This document shows positions 19,700-29,690 of a stretch of DNA of 64,000 nt, piece after piece. The notes under the pieces were generated by a model. That model made no database searches, was not told where the DNA came from, and saw only the letters and a program-made list of their open reading frames with translations. The position numbers and the translations under genes were made by a program. The first letter of the stretch is position 1, and each line of letters opens with the position of its first letter. Origin of the DNA: Myxococcota bacterium (lineage in GTDB: Bacteria; Myxococcota_A; SURF-8). The stretch spans positions 4,736,001 to 4,800,000 of the forward strand of contig OZ223209.1 of assembly GCA_965140415.1 (NCBI GenBank). Direction: 5' to 3'.

Positions 19700-21328
19700 T
19701 CAGCCGTTCATGCTGTTCAAGAAATCCGAGTTGGATTTGGTTTTGTTGATCTTGTCCAACAGGAATTCCATGGCATCGATGACCGAAAGCGGATGCAACA
19801 GTTTGCGCATGATCCACATACGGTTCAATTCCTCACGCGGCATCAGCAGTTCTTCCTTGCGGGTAGCCGAACGGTTGATGTCCAGGCACGGGAAGACGCG
19901 TTTTTCCATCAGGCGGCGATCCAGGTGCAGTTCGCTGTTGCCGGTACCCTTGAATTCTTCGAAGATGACTTCATCCATGCGCGAACCGGTGTCGATCAGC
20001 GCAGTACCGATGATGGTCAAGGAGCCACCCTCTTCGATGTTACGCGCCGCACCCAAAAAGCGCTTGGGTTTATGCAAAGCGTTGGAATCCACACCACCGG
20101 ACAGAATCTTGCCCGACGGCGGAACGACGGTATTGTACGCACGCGCCAGGCGGGTAATCGAATCCAAAAGGATCACGACATCGTACTTGTGCTCCACCAG
20201 TCGCTTGGCTTTTTCAATAACCATCTCAGCCACTTGCACGTGGCGCGTCGCCGGCTCGTCGAAGGTACTGGAAATGACCTCGCCCTTGACGGAACGCTGC
20301 ATATCCGTAACTTCCTCCGGGCGCTCATCGATGAGCAACACGATTAGGAAGACTTCCGGATGATTGGTCGTGATGGCGTTGGCAATGTCCTGCAACAACA
20401 TAGTCTTACCGGCTCTAGGCGGCGAAACGACCAGGCAGCGCTGACCTTTGCCTAACGGCGTCATCAGGTTCAGAATGCGGGTGGAGTAATTGGTCGGACT
20501 GTATTCCAGGTTGATCCGCTCCAGCGGATACAGTGGCGTCAGGTTATCGAAGATGATCTTGTCGCGAGTGACTTCCGGATCTTCGTAGTTGACCTTTTCC
20601 ACTTTTAGCAGCGCGTAATAGCGCTCGTTTTCTTTCGGGGGGCGGATCTGACCGGAAATCGTATCGCCGGTGCGCAGGTTGAAGCGCCGAATCTGGCTGG
20701 GCGAAACATAGATATCATCCGGGCCCGGCAGGTAGTTGTAGTCCGGGGAGCGCAGGAAACCGAATCCATCGGGCAGGGTCTCCAACACGCCTTCACTGTG
20801 AATGATACCTTCTTTTTCGGTCTGGTTTTGCAGGATGGCGAAAATCAGTTCCTGCTTACGCATACCACTGGCACCTTCGATCTTGAGATCCTGCGCCATA
20901 TGGGTCAAGTCTTTGATATTCTTTTCTTTTAAGGCGTTGAGATTGATGCGAATACCATCATCGCCTTTGGTGATGACCCCATCACCTTCTTCGGAAACCT
21001 CTTCCAAGGTCGGCTTCGGCTTGGAAAGCAATTGGGGTTCCCGCTCCTCGAACTCATCGCCTGCATCTTCATCAACGGGCGGAACGAAGGGCTTTTCTTC
21101 TTCCTTGGGACTTTTCCGGTTAACCACATCGCGGAAATTGCTTTCCACTTCCGCTCTGGACACCGAACGTCTCGTCATACGCCCGTTGCTCTGATCGTTT
21201 CGAATCACTACACGCCGTCGTACCTTTTTCTTGCCTTTTTCTTCCGCAGGGCTATTGGCGCCTTTTCCGTTTTCCGTCACGCTTTCCTCCGATTCAGGTA
21301 ATGCTTTCCGCTTATGGTTACGCGTCAT
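19700..21328 (-). CDS. rho: Transcription termination factor Rho with a charged N-terminal extension
   Basis: [65 protein letters not shown]. Confidence 0.99.
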   Translation of the reverse strand: MTRNHKRKALPESEESVTENGKGANSPAEEKGKKKVRRRVVIRNDQSNGRMTRRSVSRAEVESNFRDVVNRKSPKEEEKPFVPPVDEDAGDEFEEREPQLLSKPKPTLEEVSEEGDGVITKGDDGIRINLNALKEKNIKDLTHMAQDLKIEGASGMRKQELIFAILQNQTEKEGIIHSEGVLETLPDGFGFLRSPDYNYLPGPDDIYVSPSQIRRFNLRTGDTISGQIRPPKENERYYALLKVEKVNYEDPEVTRDKIIFDNLTPLYPLERINLEYSPTNYSTRILNLMTPLGKGQRCLVVSPPRAGKTMLLQDIANAITTNHPEVFLIVLLIDERPEEVTDMQRSVKGEVISSTFDEPATRHVQVAEMVIEKAKRLVEHKYDVVILLDSITRLARAYNTVVPPSGKILSGGVDSNALHKPKRFLGAARNIEEGGSLTIIGTALIDTGSRMDEVIFEEFKGTGNSELHLDRRLMEKRVFPCLDINRSATRKEELLMPREELNRMWIMRKLLHPLSVIDAMEFLLDKINKTKSNSDFLNSMNG

Positions 21329-21625
21329 TTAACGCTGGTTGTCACCCCTATTGTACTAGAAGCCTATCACCGGGATTTCCCGCCCTTTTTGGCGATATCT
21401 ACGATCATTTTCTTAGTCGTTGGGTCAGTCAGCCTCGATCGATGTGCAGCCAGGGCTAGAATAAATGGTGGTTAAAATTACTTGATAAATCGTCCCAAAC
21501 GCGCATCAGTTCGCTACACGAAGCCACACAAGGAGAATGATTTGCAGGATAGCCATCCGATTATACGCTGAGAACAAACGAATTGAATGAGGAAACGAAA
21601 GATGAAGGTTGACTCATTCGCCATC

Positions 21626-21653
21626 AGTTTACAATAGCCTGTTGGGATGTCAA
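21626..21653 (-). promoter_or_regulatory. Putative rho promoter
   Basis: TTGACA-16 nt-TAAACT about 300 nt upstream of the rho start. Confidence 0.5.
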
Positions 21654-21931
21654 GCATTTTCGATTTTGTAAATGAATTTTTACAAAATTGAAGTTCACCG
21701 CCGTGCATGAACAACCAATAGTCGCTTTTATCGTTTCCACCGGGCATGGATCTTGCTTTTTCTGTGTTCATCGATTATTTTAAAAGCGTGACTCCAACCG
21801 CAACGACACGTATCAACTTGTTATTATTGTATGTTTTCTAACATCTTGTACAACACAAACTTCTGGCGGTAATGTAAACTTTGCGGATGAGCCCTGGTTT
21901 TTTCATACTTTAATGCGATGAAAGGAATTCC

Positions 21932-22525
21932 ATGAAACGGCTTGCTATGTTTGCGATATTGCTACTTTGTGCCAATTTCATGGCCTGCGGTGACGACGAC
22001 GCCCTTGTGTTCGATGGCGGCGATTCGGATCTTTCCGAATCCGAAACGGACGATGACACGCTAGCCGATACCGCGACACTAACCGGGGAAGAAGACCGCT
22101 ACGCCTCCATCATGATCGACCGCGAAAACCTGACGGCCTGGGTCGTTACGGGGAACAACTCCGATGCGGCGGTGCTGGCAACCTGCTTTTCGGAAAGTAG
22201 CAGCGATCCCTATGCATTGGATGGTAATCGAGGGTTGATGTCCTTTGCCTCCGACGCACTGCTAAGTACCGTCGCCCATACAGGCGCCGACGATGGAGAA
22301 GCTCCCCGGCTGGGCTCGCCTGACAAAGAAACCACACTACTTGTTTTCCATGAAGAAAGCATGGGTTCTCAATTCCGCCTGGCCCTGTTCATTCCCGAAA
22401 CAGGAACCGATACGACCGATTCCGGTTTGATTGTCGCCAAGCTCGACCTGCACCTGGACTGCGACGCCGACGAACTCCACTTGTACGACGCCCAGGTAAC
22501 ACGTGAAAGCAGCCAGGGAGAATGA
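21932..22525 (+). CDS. Hypothetical lipoprotein with acidic linker
   Basis: AAAGGA SD, lipobox NFMA-C-GDDD, DGGDSDLSESETDDD linker. Confidence 0.75.
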   Translation: MKRLAMFAILLLCANFMACGDDDALVFDGGDSDLSESETDDDTLADTATLTGEEDRYASIMIDRENLTAWVVTGNNSDAAVLATCFSESSSDPYALDGNRGLMSFASDALLSTVAHTGADDGEAPRLGSPDKETTLLVFHEESMGSQFRLALFIPETGTDTTDSGLIVAKLDLHLDCDADELHLYDAQVTRESSQGE

Positions 22526-22602
22526 CATTCGCAGATGACATGACTCCAACTGCGAGTTGTCATCCACCCACACACAGCCAAACCAGATAGGAACCTCTTC
22601 AC

Positions 22603-23028
22603 ATGATACGAGCTTTCCATGCTTCCGATACCGAAACCATCATCGACATCTGGTATCAGGCGTCCATCCACGCGCACGATTTCGTACCGGCTTCATTCTG
22701 GGAAAAAGAGCGGCAGAACATCCGGGAAATCTACATTCCCATGGCGCAGACCTTCGTGATCGAACGGGACTCGAAAGCGGTGGGTTTCATTTCATTGCTG
22801 GAACCCAATGAAGTCGGCGGTCTGTTCGTTCTCCCGGACTGGCAGGGACACGGCCTGGGAAGGCAGTTGATCGAGCACGCCGCAACCTTGAAAGGTTCGT
22901 TGGTTCTGAACGTCTTCAAACAGAATCATGCGGCACGGCGCTTTTACGAGCGCCTGGGCTTCGTGCCGACTGGCGAAGGCATAGAGCCCAACACCGGCTG
23001 CGAGGAAATCCACCTGCGGCGAGAGTGA
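22603..23028 (+). CDS. GNAT family N-acetyltransferase (YjaB/YiaC-like)
   Basis: IWYQASIHAHDF..FW, GLFVLPDWQGHGLGRQL, NHAARRFYERLGF. Confidence 0.9.
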   Translation: MIRAFHASDTETIIDIWYQASIHAHDFVPASFWEKERQNIREIYIPMAQTFVIERDSKAVGFISLLEPNEVGGLFVLPDWQGHGLGRQLIEHAATLKGSLVLNVFKQNHAARRFYERLGFVPTGEGIEPNTGCEEIHLRRE

Positions 23029-23115
23029 CCGTGGCCGGTCGAATGGCCGTTACAACTGGCGACACATGCCAAGCGAAGCCCGGCAGCTTGGCAAAATTTC
23101 CTGCCCGACCCGCTT

Positions 23116-24273
23116 TTACTCCTCCACCGGCTGGCAGGGGGCGTTGCTCCAGGTAAAGCCGTTCAGCAGCGGCGTGCCGGTCGGGTCGGAATCGACCTTG
23201 TAGAGGGCTACGGGGCTGTGGGTGTATAAAATATCGTTGTACGGATTGTCTTCACCCCAAACCGATATGCTGCTGGATTGTTCGAAAACAACCACCCAAT
23301 CCGTATTCGAAATATAGCGTACTTCGCCGGGTTGTAAAACATACCAGCATTGTTCGTGCTTGACCCACAACTCATGGTAATACCTTGTTTCCCCATTCGC
23401 CTGAGTACCGCGTGTTTGTTCGCAGATACGATGGGGTAGAATCACCATATCATCCGGGTGTTGCAAACCTTCCGCAATAGGAGCCGTGCTGGTGTTGAAA
23501 ATGTGGTATACGAGTTCGTCTTCAACGTATAAGTCTAGCCAACCCAAGCCCCAATCCGGTTCCTGCCATTTTGTCACTTGTATGTGCTGATCAATCGTAA
23601 GGAGCGGAGCTAATCCTACACCCAATAATCCGATTGTCCAAAGAACCTGTTCATTATCTTGAACAGTAAACCAGAATTTCGATCCGGGTTCATATGGATA
23701 ATTCGAGTGAGTGTTTCCAGTTGAAAAAGATTGAAAAGAGCAGAATTCGTCACTTTCAGGCTCTTGCCCGATCTCCGTCACTTCTCCGTTGATTTCTTGT
23801 GTGATGGTATAGATGGCATCATGGTCTGAATTCCAGCAAGCAGTCATTCCTCTAGGCTGCATATATTCTTCACAATTGCCTTCGTAGAGATCTTCTTCGC
23901 TTTCCGGTTCCATCTCTATTTCAAGGTCATATGCTATATCATTATCAAGTTCTGACAAATCAGGATCGAAGTCCGCAGTTTCTAATTCAACTCTTTCCTG
24001 TTCCGTTGTTTCCCTATCCAGGTCACGCTCGATATTTTCCAAGTCTCCATCAGGGGGTACTGCATCCTTTTCCATATCCTCCTTATCGGTTTCCAAATTT
24101 TCGTGTTCAATATCTCCATCCTGATTCGGCTGTTCTAGTTCGATCCAATCTTTGTCTCCTTCAATAAATTCTTTGTCGTTATTTGATGTGCCATCTGTAT
24201 CGGAACAGGAGAAACAGATCAATGAAAACACAGCCGATATTACCAAAATCATAATTTGGTTGTCTTGTTTCAT
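23116..24273 (-). CDS. Hypothetical lipoprotein with acidic DGD linker
   Basis: AAGGAGG SD before ATG 24273, lipobox CFS-C-SDTD, DGDIE/DGDLE linker. Third gene of the 26793-23116 locus. Confidence 0.75.
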   Translation of the reverse strand: MKQDNQIMILVISAVFSLICFSCSDTDGTSNNDKEFIEGDKDWIELEQPNQDGDIEHENLETDKEDMEKDAVPPDGDLENIERDLDRETTEQERVELETADFDPDLSELDNDIAYDLEIEMEPESEEDLYEGNCEEYMQPRGMTACWNSDHDAIYTITQEINGEVTEIGQEPESDEFCSFQSFSTGNTHSNYPYEPGSKFWFTVQDNEQVLWTIGLLGVGLAPLLTIDQHIQVTKWQEPDWGLGWLDLYVEDELVYHIFNTSTAPIAEGLQHPDDMVILPHRICEQTRGTQANGETRYYHELWVKHEQCWYVLQPGEVRYISNTDWVVVFEQSSSISVWGEDNPYNDILYTHSPVALYKVDSDPTGTPLLNGFTWSNAPCQPVEE

Positions 24274-24289
24274 TATTACCCTCCTTTTA

Positions 24290-26155
24290 TCAATAGCACG
24301 CAAAGTGACTCACGTCACATGTGTATTGAGTTGGTGGATTTGTGGATTCATCTAAACAACCGCTGTTATTCACACAATAACAACGTTTGGTGAAGTTATT
24401 GCAGTATCCCGGATTTGTCGGAACGACACAATCACTGTGCGAAAGACATTGCACACACTTATAGTTTTCCGTATCGCAAATCCAGTTGTTGCTACAATCG
24501 GAATCTTCCGTGCAATAACACCTATTGGTGAATGGACTGCATAAGCCGATTCCAGTGCAATCCGAATTGCTGGAACATTGGCATGTCCATGTGCTTGTAT
24601 TGCAGGTTTGAGTGCCACTGCAATGAGAATCATTAGCGCATTCCACGCAGTAGTTGGCAGAATTGCAATGCCAGCCAGGAGCACAGTCCGAATCAACTGA
24701 ACATTCACGGCTTCTTCCCGTATCCAGCCAGCGATAATCGCCATTGGAGGGCGCTTCCCACACATGCAGGCAATTCATGTAATACATATCCAAGTTCCAG
24801 TCTTCCTTGGCCTGGCTGATTCCGTCCAGGTAGGCGTCCATCTGCCACCAGTAATCACGCGGGTTGGGTTGATCGTATCCCAGGCCACTGCTGCTTCCGT
24901 CTTCACGTTCGTCGCAGCCGTGGTTATAATAGCGGTTGTTGGCGCCTACCCAAAAGTCTTCCAGTTCATTGATAATCTCAGCAATGGAAAGACTGTAGGT
25001 GTCCGTCCAATTCGGATCTCCTGCGTCTTGTTTGTTGAAACTGCTGCTATCCTGATGGTCGTCGTAGAGATCCCACAGATATCGTGTGAAGTTATATTCA
25101 TGGCGAAACATTTTCCAAATCGTCCCGCTACCAAAACACTCGCTGTTTGCAGGAAATTTCTCAATATAGAATCCATTACCTGGTCTATATTGCGGGTCGC
25201 TGGCGTTCTGTGGCCACCTCGCTACAACAGCCATGAAGTTGGCCCAGCCTTCAGTAATCTCACGCGTCCCCCAACGTTCCGAAGCATAGTTTGGGTACAA
25301 CAATTGAAAGTTGCTTCCAGCAGCTTCCGGTAAAAAACCAGGATAGCCATCCGTGCCTTTGTGAAGCAGGTGTTGAGAAACATGTCCCAACTCATGGGCG
25401 TGACGATCATTTTGAGATGCGCATCCCTCTTTTATTTTAATAGCAGAATTTTCGGAGCAACTTGCATTCCCACAAGCATAAGTATAAGAGGAATCCATAC
25501 GCAATTTGAGTTCACCAATTCCACACTTGTTTGGGTCTGGATCGGATTGATCTTTACCATAACGATCTAAAAGTAGCGTAGATTCCGTAACTACATTTTG
25601 ATAATACATATCCGCTGTAGCGTGAAGGCCCGCTCTGGATTGGGACTCTCCTCCGCCAGAAGCATACACAACTTGACCAAGAGACCAATAATAGTCACCA
25701 TTCAGATCTTGTGTATAGTTATAAGTATAAGCTGATTCCATATCTGGATCACTAGAACTGTCATCAGTTACTAACCATCTGTGAAGGCTAGTGCTGTTTC
25801 CGTCTTCCAAATAAACCGTACTACCACAGTAAGCTGGCATACTAGGTGTCTCAATTTCTCCACTTGCCGAACCAGTTGAATCCGTTCCTGTCTCCAAAAC
25901 ATACCAATCATCCCCCATAACAAAGCACCTCAGAATCACTTTTGCATGTGGCAACCAGGAATACCCATTTGCATCCGGTTCCGGCATCAGATCATCCATT
26001 GCATGGTTTTGAAAACGAACATCTGAGAATTTAACTTGAACACTAATGTGGTTGATTTTACTAGCTATAGCCGGAGTAGCGGTAGCCAACAGTAAAAGCG
26101 CGAGCAATACCGAAAATCCGATTAGTAGTGAATTTATATGCGTGTTACGTCTCAT
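24290..26155 (-). CDS. Secreted gluzincin-like metalloprotease with C-terminal Cys-rich repeats
   Basis: Signal peptide from ATG 26155 (ATGA overlap with the upstream stop), HAHELGH zinc motif, EITEGWANF third ligand, then about six Cys-rich (CxxxxDC-like) repeats. Confidence 0.7.
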   Translation of the reverse strand: MRRNTHINSLLIGFSVLLALLLLATATPAIASKINHISVQVKFSDVRFQNHAMDDLMPEPDANGYSWLPHAKVILRCFVMGDDWYVLETGTDSTGSASGEIETPSMPAYCGSTVYLEDGNSTSLHRWLVTDDSSSDPDMESAYTYNYTQDLNGDYYWSLGQVVYASGGGESQSRAGLHATADMYYQNVVTESTLLLDRYGKDQSDPDPNKCGIGELKLRMDSSYTYACGNASCSENSAIKIKEGCASQNDRHAHELGHVSQHLLHKGTDGYPGFLPEAAGSNFQLLYPNYASERWGTREITEGWANFMAVVARWPQNASDPQYRPGNGFYIEKFPANSECFGSGTIWKMFRHEYNFTRYLWDLYDDHQDSSSFNKQDAGDPNWTDTYSLSIAEIINELEDFWVGANNRYYNHGCDEREDGSSSGLGYDQPNPRDYWWQMDAYLDGISQAKEDWNLDMYYMNCLHVWEAPSNGDYRWLDTGRSRECSVDSDCAPGWHCNSANYCVECANDSHCSGTQTCNTSTWTCQCSSNSDCTGIGLCSPFTNRCYCTEDSDCSNNWICDTENYKCVQCLSHSDCVVPTNPGYCNNFTKRCYCVNNSGCLDESTNPPTQYTCDVSHFACY

Positions 26156-26793
26156 TGGAAAACCTCCTCTCGGATGTCTTCCTCGGCGGTCAGCATGCCG
26201 CAGGTCTTGGGCCGGGACGCGCACATTTCGCGGATAACTTCGGGGTAGTAGGCAAGTTGCGCCGTGGCATACTCCAGGCTGCTTACCAGTCGGTAACGCC
26301 CGCTTGTTGGCTCGCGCAGCAGGTACAGCGTAGGACTTTCAAGGAAATACTCGTCTTCGCCTCCTGTAATTTCAAGGGTTAAACCGATGGTCAGGAAAGG
26401 TGCATCGCCCGAAGGCAGGGGGATAACGATCTCCGCGCCTCCCTCGACGTACCCGGCACGCAGACCGCTTAAAAGCTGGAACTTCTCCCGCATGCGTTTG
26501 ACTGCGGGACGACTGCGATTTCCTTCACCTACATAGCGTAGCGCGTGGAAACTCGACGTTTCAATACGCACCTGTTGCCCGGACATCGACGCCGAAGGCA
26601 TGATGTCCACCGGCATGAAAATAGCGGAATCGGTGATTTCGGCGCGTTCGGTCGCCAATACCATAGGGGGTACGTAAGAGGTTTCACTGGATTCCGTTCG
26701 CTGCTGGGCGAAAGCGCTTGCGCTTAAAAACGTGCAGGCTAAAACAAGCAAAACGCCTACGCTAGCAATCGGGGGGGGGTAATGATTCTTTAT
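26152..26793 (-). CDS. Hypothetical exported protein (apparent non-canonical ATA start)
   Basis: AAGGAG (26800-26805), 6 nt, then in-frame ATA at 26793 giving the signal peptide (M)KNHYPPPIASVGVLLVLACTFLSASAFA. Track ORF extends to 26877. Confidence 0.6.
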   Translation of the reverse strand: MKNHYPPPIASVGVLLVLACTFLSASAFAQQRTESSETSYVPPMVLATERAEITDSAIFMPVDIMPSASMSGQQVRIETSSFHALRYVGEGNRSRPAVKRMREKFQLLSGLRAGYVEGGAEIVIPLPSGDAPFLTIGLTLEITGGEDEYFLESPTLYLLREPTSGRYRLVSSLEYATAQLAYYPEVIREMCASRPKTCGMLTAEEDIREEVFQ

Positions 26794-26960
26794 TTGTAAC
26801 TCCTTCAGATTAGACAACGACGACAACATCAGCGAGAGGTCGGCTTTCGTGGCGAGTATGTAACAAGTACCATACACGATGGGAGCTTGTCAAGCAGAAT
26901 TGTTTATTAGTGATTCATGTGCAACTTACAGGGAGTAAGTTTTCATCAACAGCCTCCACC

Positions 26961-29321
26961 CTACTCCATCACTGTATTTTCGATCTCCACGTATTCACGG
27001 CAGGGCTGGCCGCGCAGGGCATCACAGGCGGTCTGCTCGGTGGGAATGTCGACATTCGGAATGACCGGCAACAGGATGCTGCTGGGATAGTCTTTCATGT
27101 GTGCAACGCTATGCGTGGGCGGCTCGTCGTAGTCCAGCAACAGAAAACGCCAGCGGGCGCGGCTGTCGCCGGGCGTATCCACACTCACACGCAAACGCGA
27201 CCCGGCACGGAAAATCTGGGTAAAGGGCATCACTTCCACCCGCACCAGGTTCCACTCCCCATCCACCAGCATTTCGGAATCCTCTTCGTAGTGCGAAGAT
27301 ACCGGGCGCAGCGCCGTAGACTCCGGCAGCAGGTTTCGGCGCGAAGCGCGCAGCCAGCCACTTTGCACGTAGGTTTCCATGCCATCGGCGCGTACTTCCG
27401 TGATGTTGACTTCCAGATCCGCATCCTCCGCCGTGCTTTGCAGCCACAGATCCACGCTGGCCGAGCCGATCATCACCACATCCTCGCTCATCGGTTCGGT
27501 AATGAAACTGATCGCCTTGCCCTCGATCAGCGGGCGGTAATCGTAGTTCGGCTGCGGAATGTCGATGGAACCGCTGACCAGCGTCACCCGCTCGCCCGCT
27601 TCCGGGTCGTGCTCGAAACTGCTGGCCCCACCCTCTGCGGGAGGCTCGTTTTCGTTCAAGCTGCCATCCGGCTGGAAGTAGAGTCTCAACTCTTCGGTTT
27701 CCGGGATGGGCCACTCGCTGAAATGCTGATCGAAACGCCCACGCGGCGCGCCGGGGTCCACATCCTCATGCGCACCGGATTCGAAAATCACGCGAATGTC
27801 CGGGTCGGCTTCATAGTCGGCTAACGCCTGATCGAAATCGGTATATTCCGCGAAACGGTTCTCCGGTAGTTCCATACCGGGCGAACGGAACACCTCGTTC
27901 ATGAACTGCGGCACCAGAATATACAAGAAGGGGTCGATAACCGGGATTTCTTCGTTGACATAGAAGGAGAGAAAATAGGCCCACTCGATCAGCACCTGTG
28001 GCGAAAGGCCGTCCGGGTGCACGCCGTTGGCCATGGTGAAGCGCTTGACCGGGGCGTTGTCGAACTTGCCGAATAGAATCGGAGAATGAGGCCCGGTCTG
28101 CTCGTCCTGGTTCTGCCCGACCAGAAACACGGGCACGTCGATTTTATCCACAAAGCGCGTGGGATCGAGCGGCGCCGCCACATCATCCGTATAGAATGGA
28201 TGATCCAGCGCTTTCTGGATGGCGTCCTCTTTCTGGCTATGCAACAACTGGTGCTCCTCGCAGATGGTGTCGCCCGCCTCCACCAGATCGGTAATCCAGC
28301 CGTGTGCGTAAGGTTCGCTCTTATTCAAAACCATATCGATCCATTCCAGCGCGAATCCGTTGTTGTAAATGCCGCCTGGAGTCAGGGTGCTGGTGGCGGT
28401 ATCGGCGATCACGGAAAAAGGCGCGATGGCCGCCAATGACGGCGGATTGACGCTGGCCACGAATAGCTGGGTGATACCCGGATAGGACAGCCCGACCATG
28501 CCGACCTTGTGGTGCTTGACCCATTGCTGCCTTGCCACGATCTCGATCACGTCGTAGCCATCCAGCAACTGCAAAGGCTCGAAATAATCATACGCGCCTC
28601 CGGAGCAGCCGGTCCCGCGCAGATTCACGCCCACCGAAGCATAACCCATCGCCCCGGCGATAATGCCGGTGGGATGGTTGGGAGCGTCACACAGCACCGG
28701 ATAGCTGCCGCAGAACATCTCGACATCCTCTCCCAGCGATTGTCCCGGCTGGCTCGGACTGTAGCCGGAATAATTGACGACGGTGGGATACGGTCCCTTA
28801 TCCACCGGGCCGGGCAGGCTGACAAAAATCGAAAGCAGAGTGCCGTCACGCGTTTCGATATAGCCGAATCCCGGCTCCAACACCTGCTGTTCGTAGAAGG
28901 ATGCATCCGGGTAGGATTCTTCGGCAGTCATGACGTGCAACTGGTCGGTGTATTCGTCCGGATTGTCTTTCAACCGCAACACGTAATTCCGCCCGGCTTC
29001 GACCTCGCGCATGACCAGCGAACCCTGATAATCGGTTGTCCCGCTGCGAAGCACGCTGCCCTCGGCATCGAGCAGTTCTACGTCCGTATCCGGCTCGGCC
29101 ATCCAGATATACACTTGGTTCACCGTCGCTCGCACCTTGAAAGCATCCGACACGACCTGGGGAACTGCGGCTTCCGCATCGCCCTCGCCTTCTATTTCCA
29201 TCTCGGCATCCAAGTCGCCGTCGGTTACCGGATCCTCCATATCTTCCGACGAACAGGCCAGTACCATAAACAGCACAAAGAAAAATACAACGGCAGGGTA
29301 AAACAGCGCACTCCGTTTCAT
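26961..29321 (-). CDS. CocE/NonD (peptidase S15) family serine hydrolase lipoprotein
   Basis: Lipobox VLA-C, DGDLDAE linker, TRDGTLLS, NLRGTGCSGG, nucleophile motif GLSYPG, C-terminal PepX_C-like IFRAGSRLRV. Confidence 0.9.
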   Translation of the reverse strand: MKRSALFYPAVVFFFVLFMVLACSSEDMEDPVTDGDLDAEMEIEGEGDAEAAVPQVVSDAFKVRATVNQVYIWMAEPDTDVELLDAEGSVLRSGTTDYQGSLVMREVEAGRNYVLRLKDNPDEYTDQLHVMTAEESYPDASFYEQQVLEPGFGYIETRDGTLLSIFVSLPGPVDKGPYPTVVNYSGYSPSQPGQSLGEDVEMFCGSYPVLCDAPNHPTGIIAGAMGYASVGVNLRGTGCSGGAYDYFEPLQLLDGYDVIEIVARQQWVKHHKVGMVGLSYPGITQLFVASVNPPSLAAIAPFSVIADTATSTLTPGGIYNNGFALEWIDMVLNKSEPYAHGWITDLVEAGDTICEEHQLLHSQKEDAIQKALDHPFYTDDVAAPLDPTRFVDKIDVPVFLVGQNQDEQTGPHSPILFGKFDNAPVKRFTMANGVHPDGLSPQVLIEWAYFLSFYVNEEIPVIDPFLYILVPQFMNEVFRSPGMELPENRFAEYTDFDQALADYEADPDIRVIFESGAHEDVDPGAPRGRFDQHFSEWPIPETEELRLYFQPDGSLNENEPPAEGGASSFEHDPEAGERVTLVSGSIDIPQPNYDYRPLIEGKAISFITEPMSEDVVMIGSASVDLWLQSTAEDADLEVNITEVRADGMETYVQSGWLRASRRNLLPESTALRPVSSHYEEDSEMLVDGEWNLVRVEVMPFTQIFRAGSRLRVSVDTPGDSRARWRFLLLDYDEPPTHSVAHMKDYPSSILLPVIPNVDIPTEQTACDALRGQPCREYVEIENTVME

Positions 29322-29438
29322 CGGCAATACTCCAAATAATGATTGTAGGTATAGCGTTTCGGCGCAGTGTAGCACAATCAGGAAGATTTGTCTGTATTCA
29401 AGGAATGTTTTCACAACTTTTTAGTATTAGGTGTGTGT

Positions 29439-29632
29439 CCTTTTCCCTTCCCCGACGGAGCCGCTTCGCGTCATATGGCTTGTTAACCTGGGGGTAATAG
29501 GGAAGCAGTCAAGGCCGGAGCGCAGCGACGTTCATATAGCCTTGACGGCATCCCGCCCCCTGGTACAAGCCGTCCAATGACGCGATGCGAGCGAACGAAA
29601 GGGAAGGGAAAAGACCTTCCTTGATGGTGGGC
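29439..29632. repeat. Long imperfect palindromic non-coding element (REPIN/MITE-like)
   Basis: Nested stems CTTTTCCCTTCCC/GGGAAGGGAAAAG (29440-29452/29601-29613), TCGCGTCAT/ATGACGCGA, GGCTTGT/ACAAGCC and GTCAAGGC/GCCTTGAC. Confidence 0.8.
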
Positions 29633-29690
29633 TTTAAGGATTTCTCCGTTTTTAATTCAGGAAGAAGTGAAAATCGTCTTCCTGTTGCGG

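Noticed and set aside
19559-20363. 262- and 217-aa ORFs opposite rho
   Set aside because: Shadow ORFs of a highly conserved gene.
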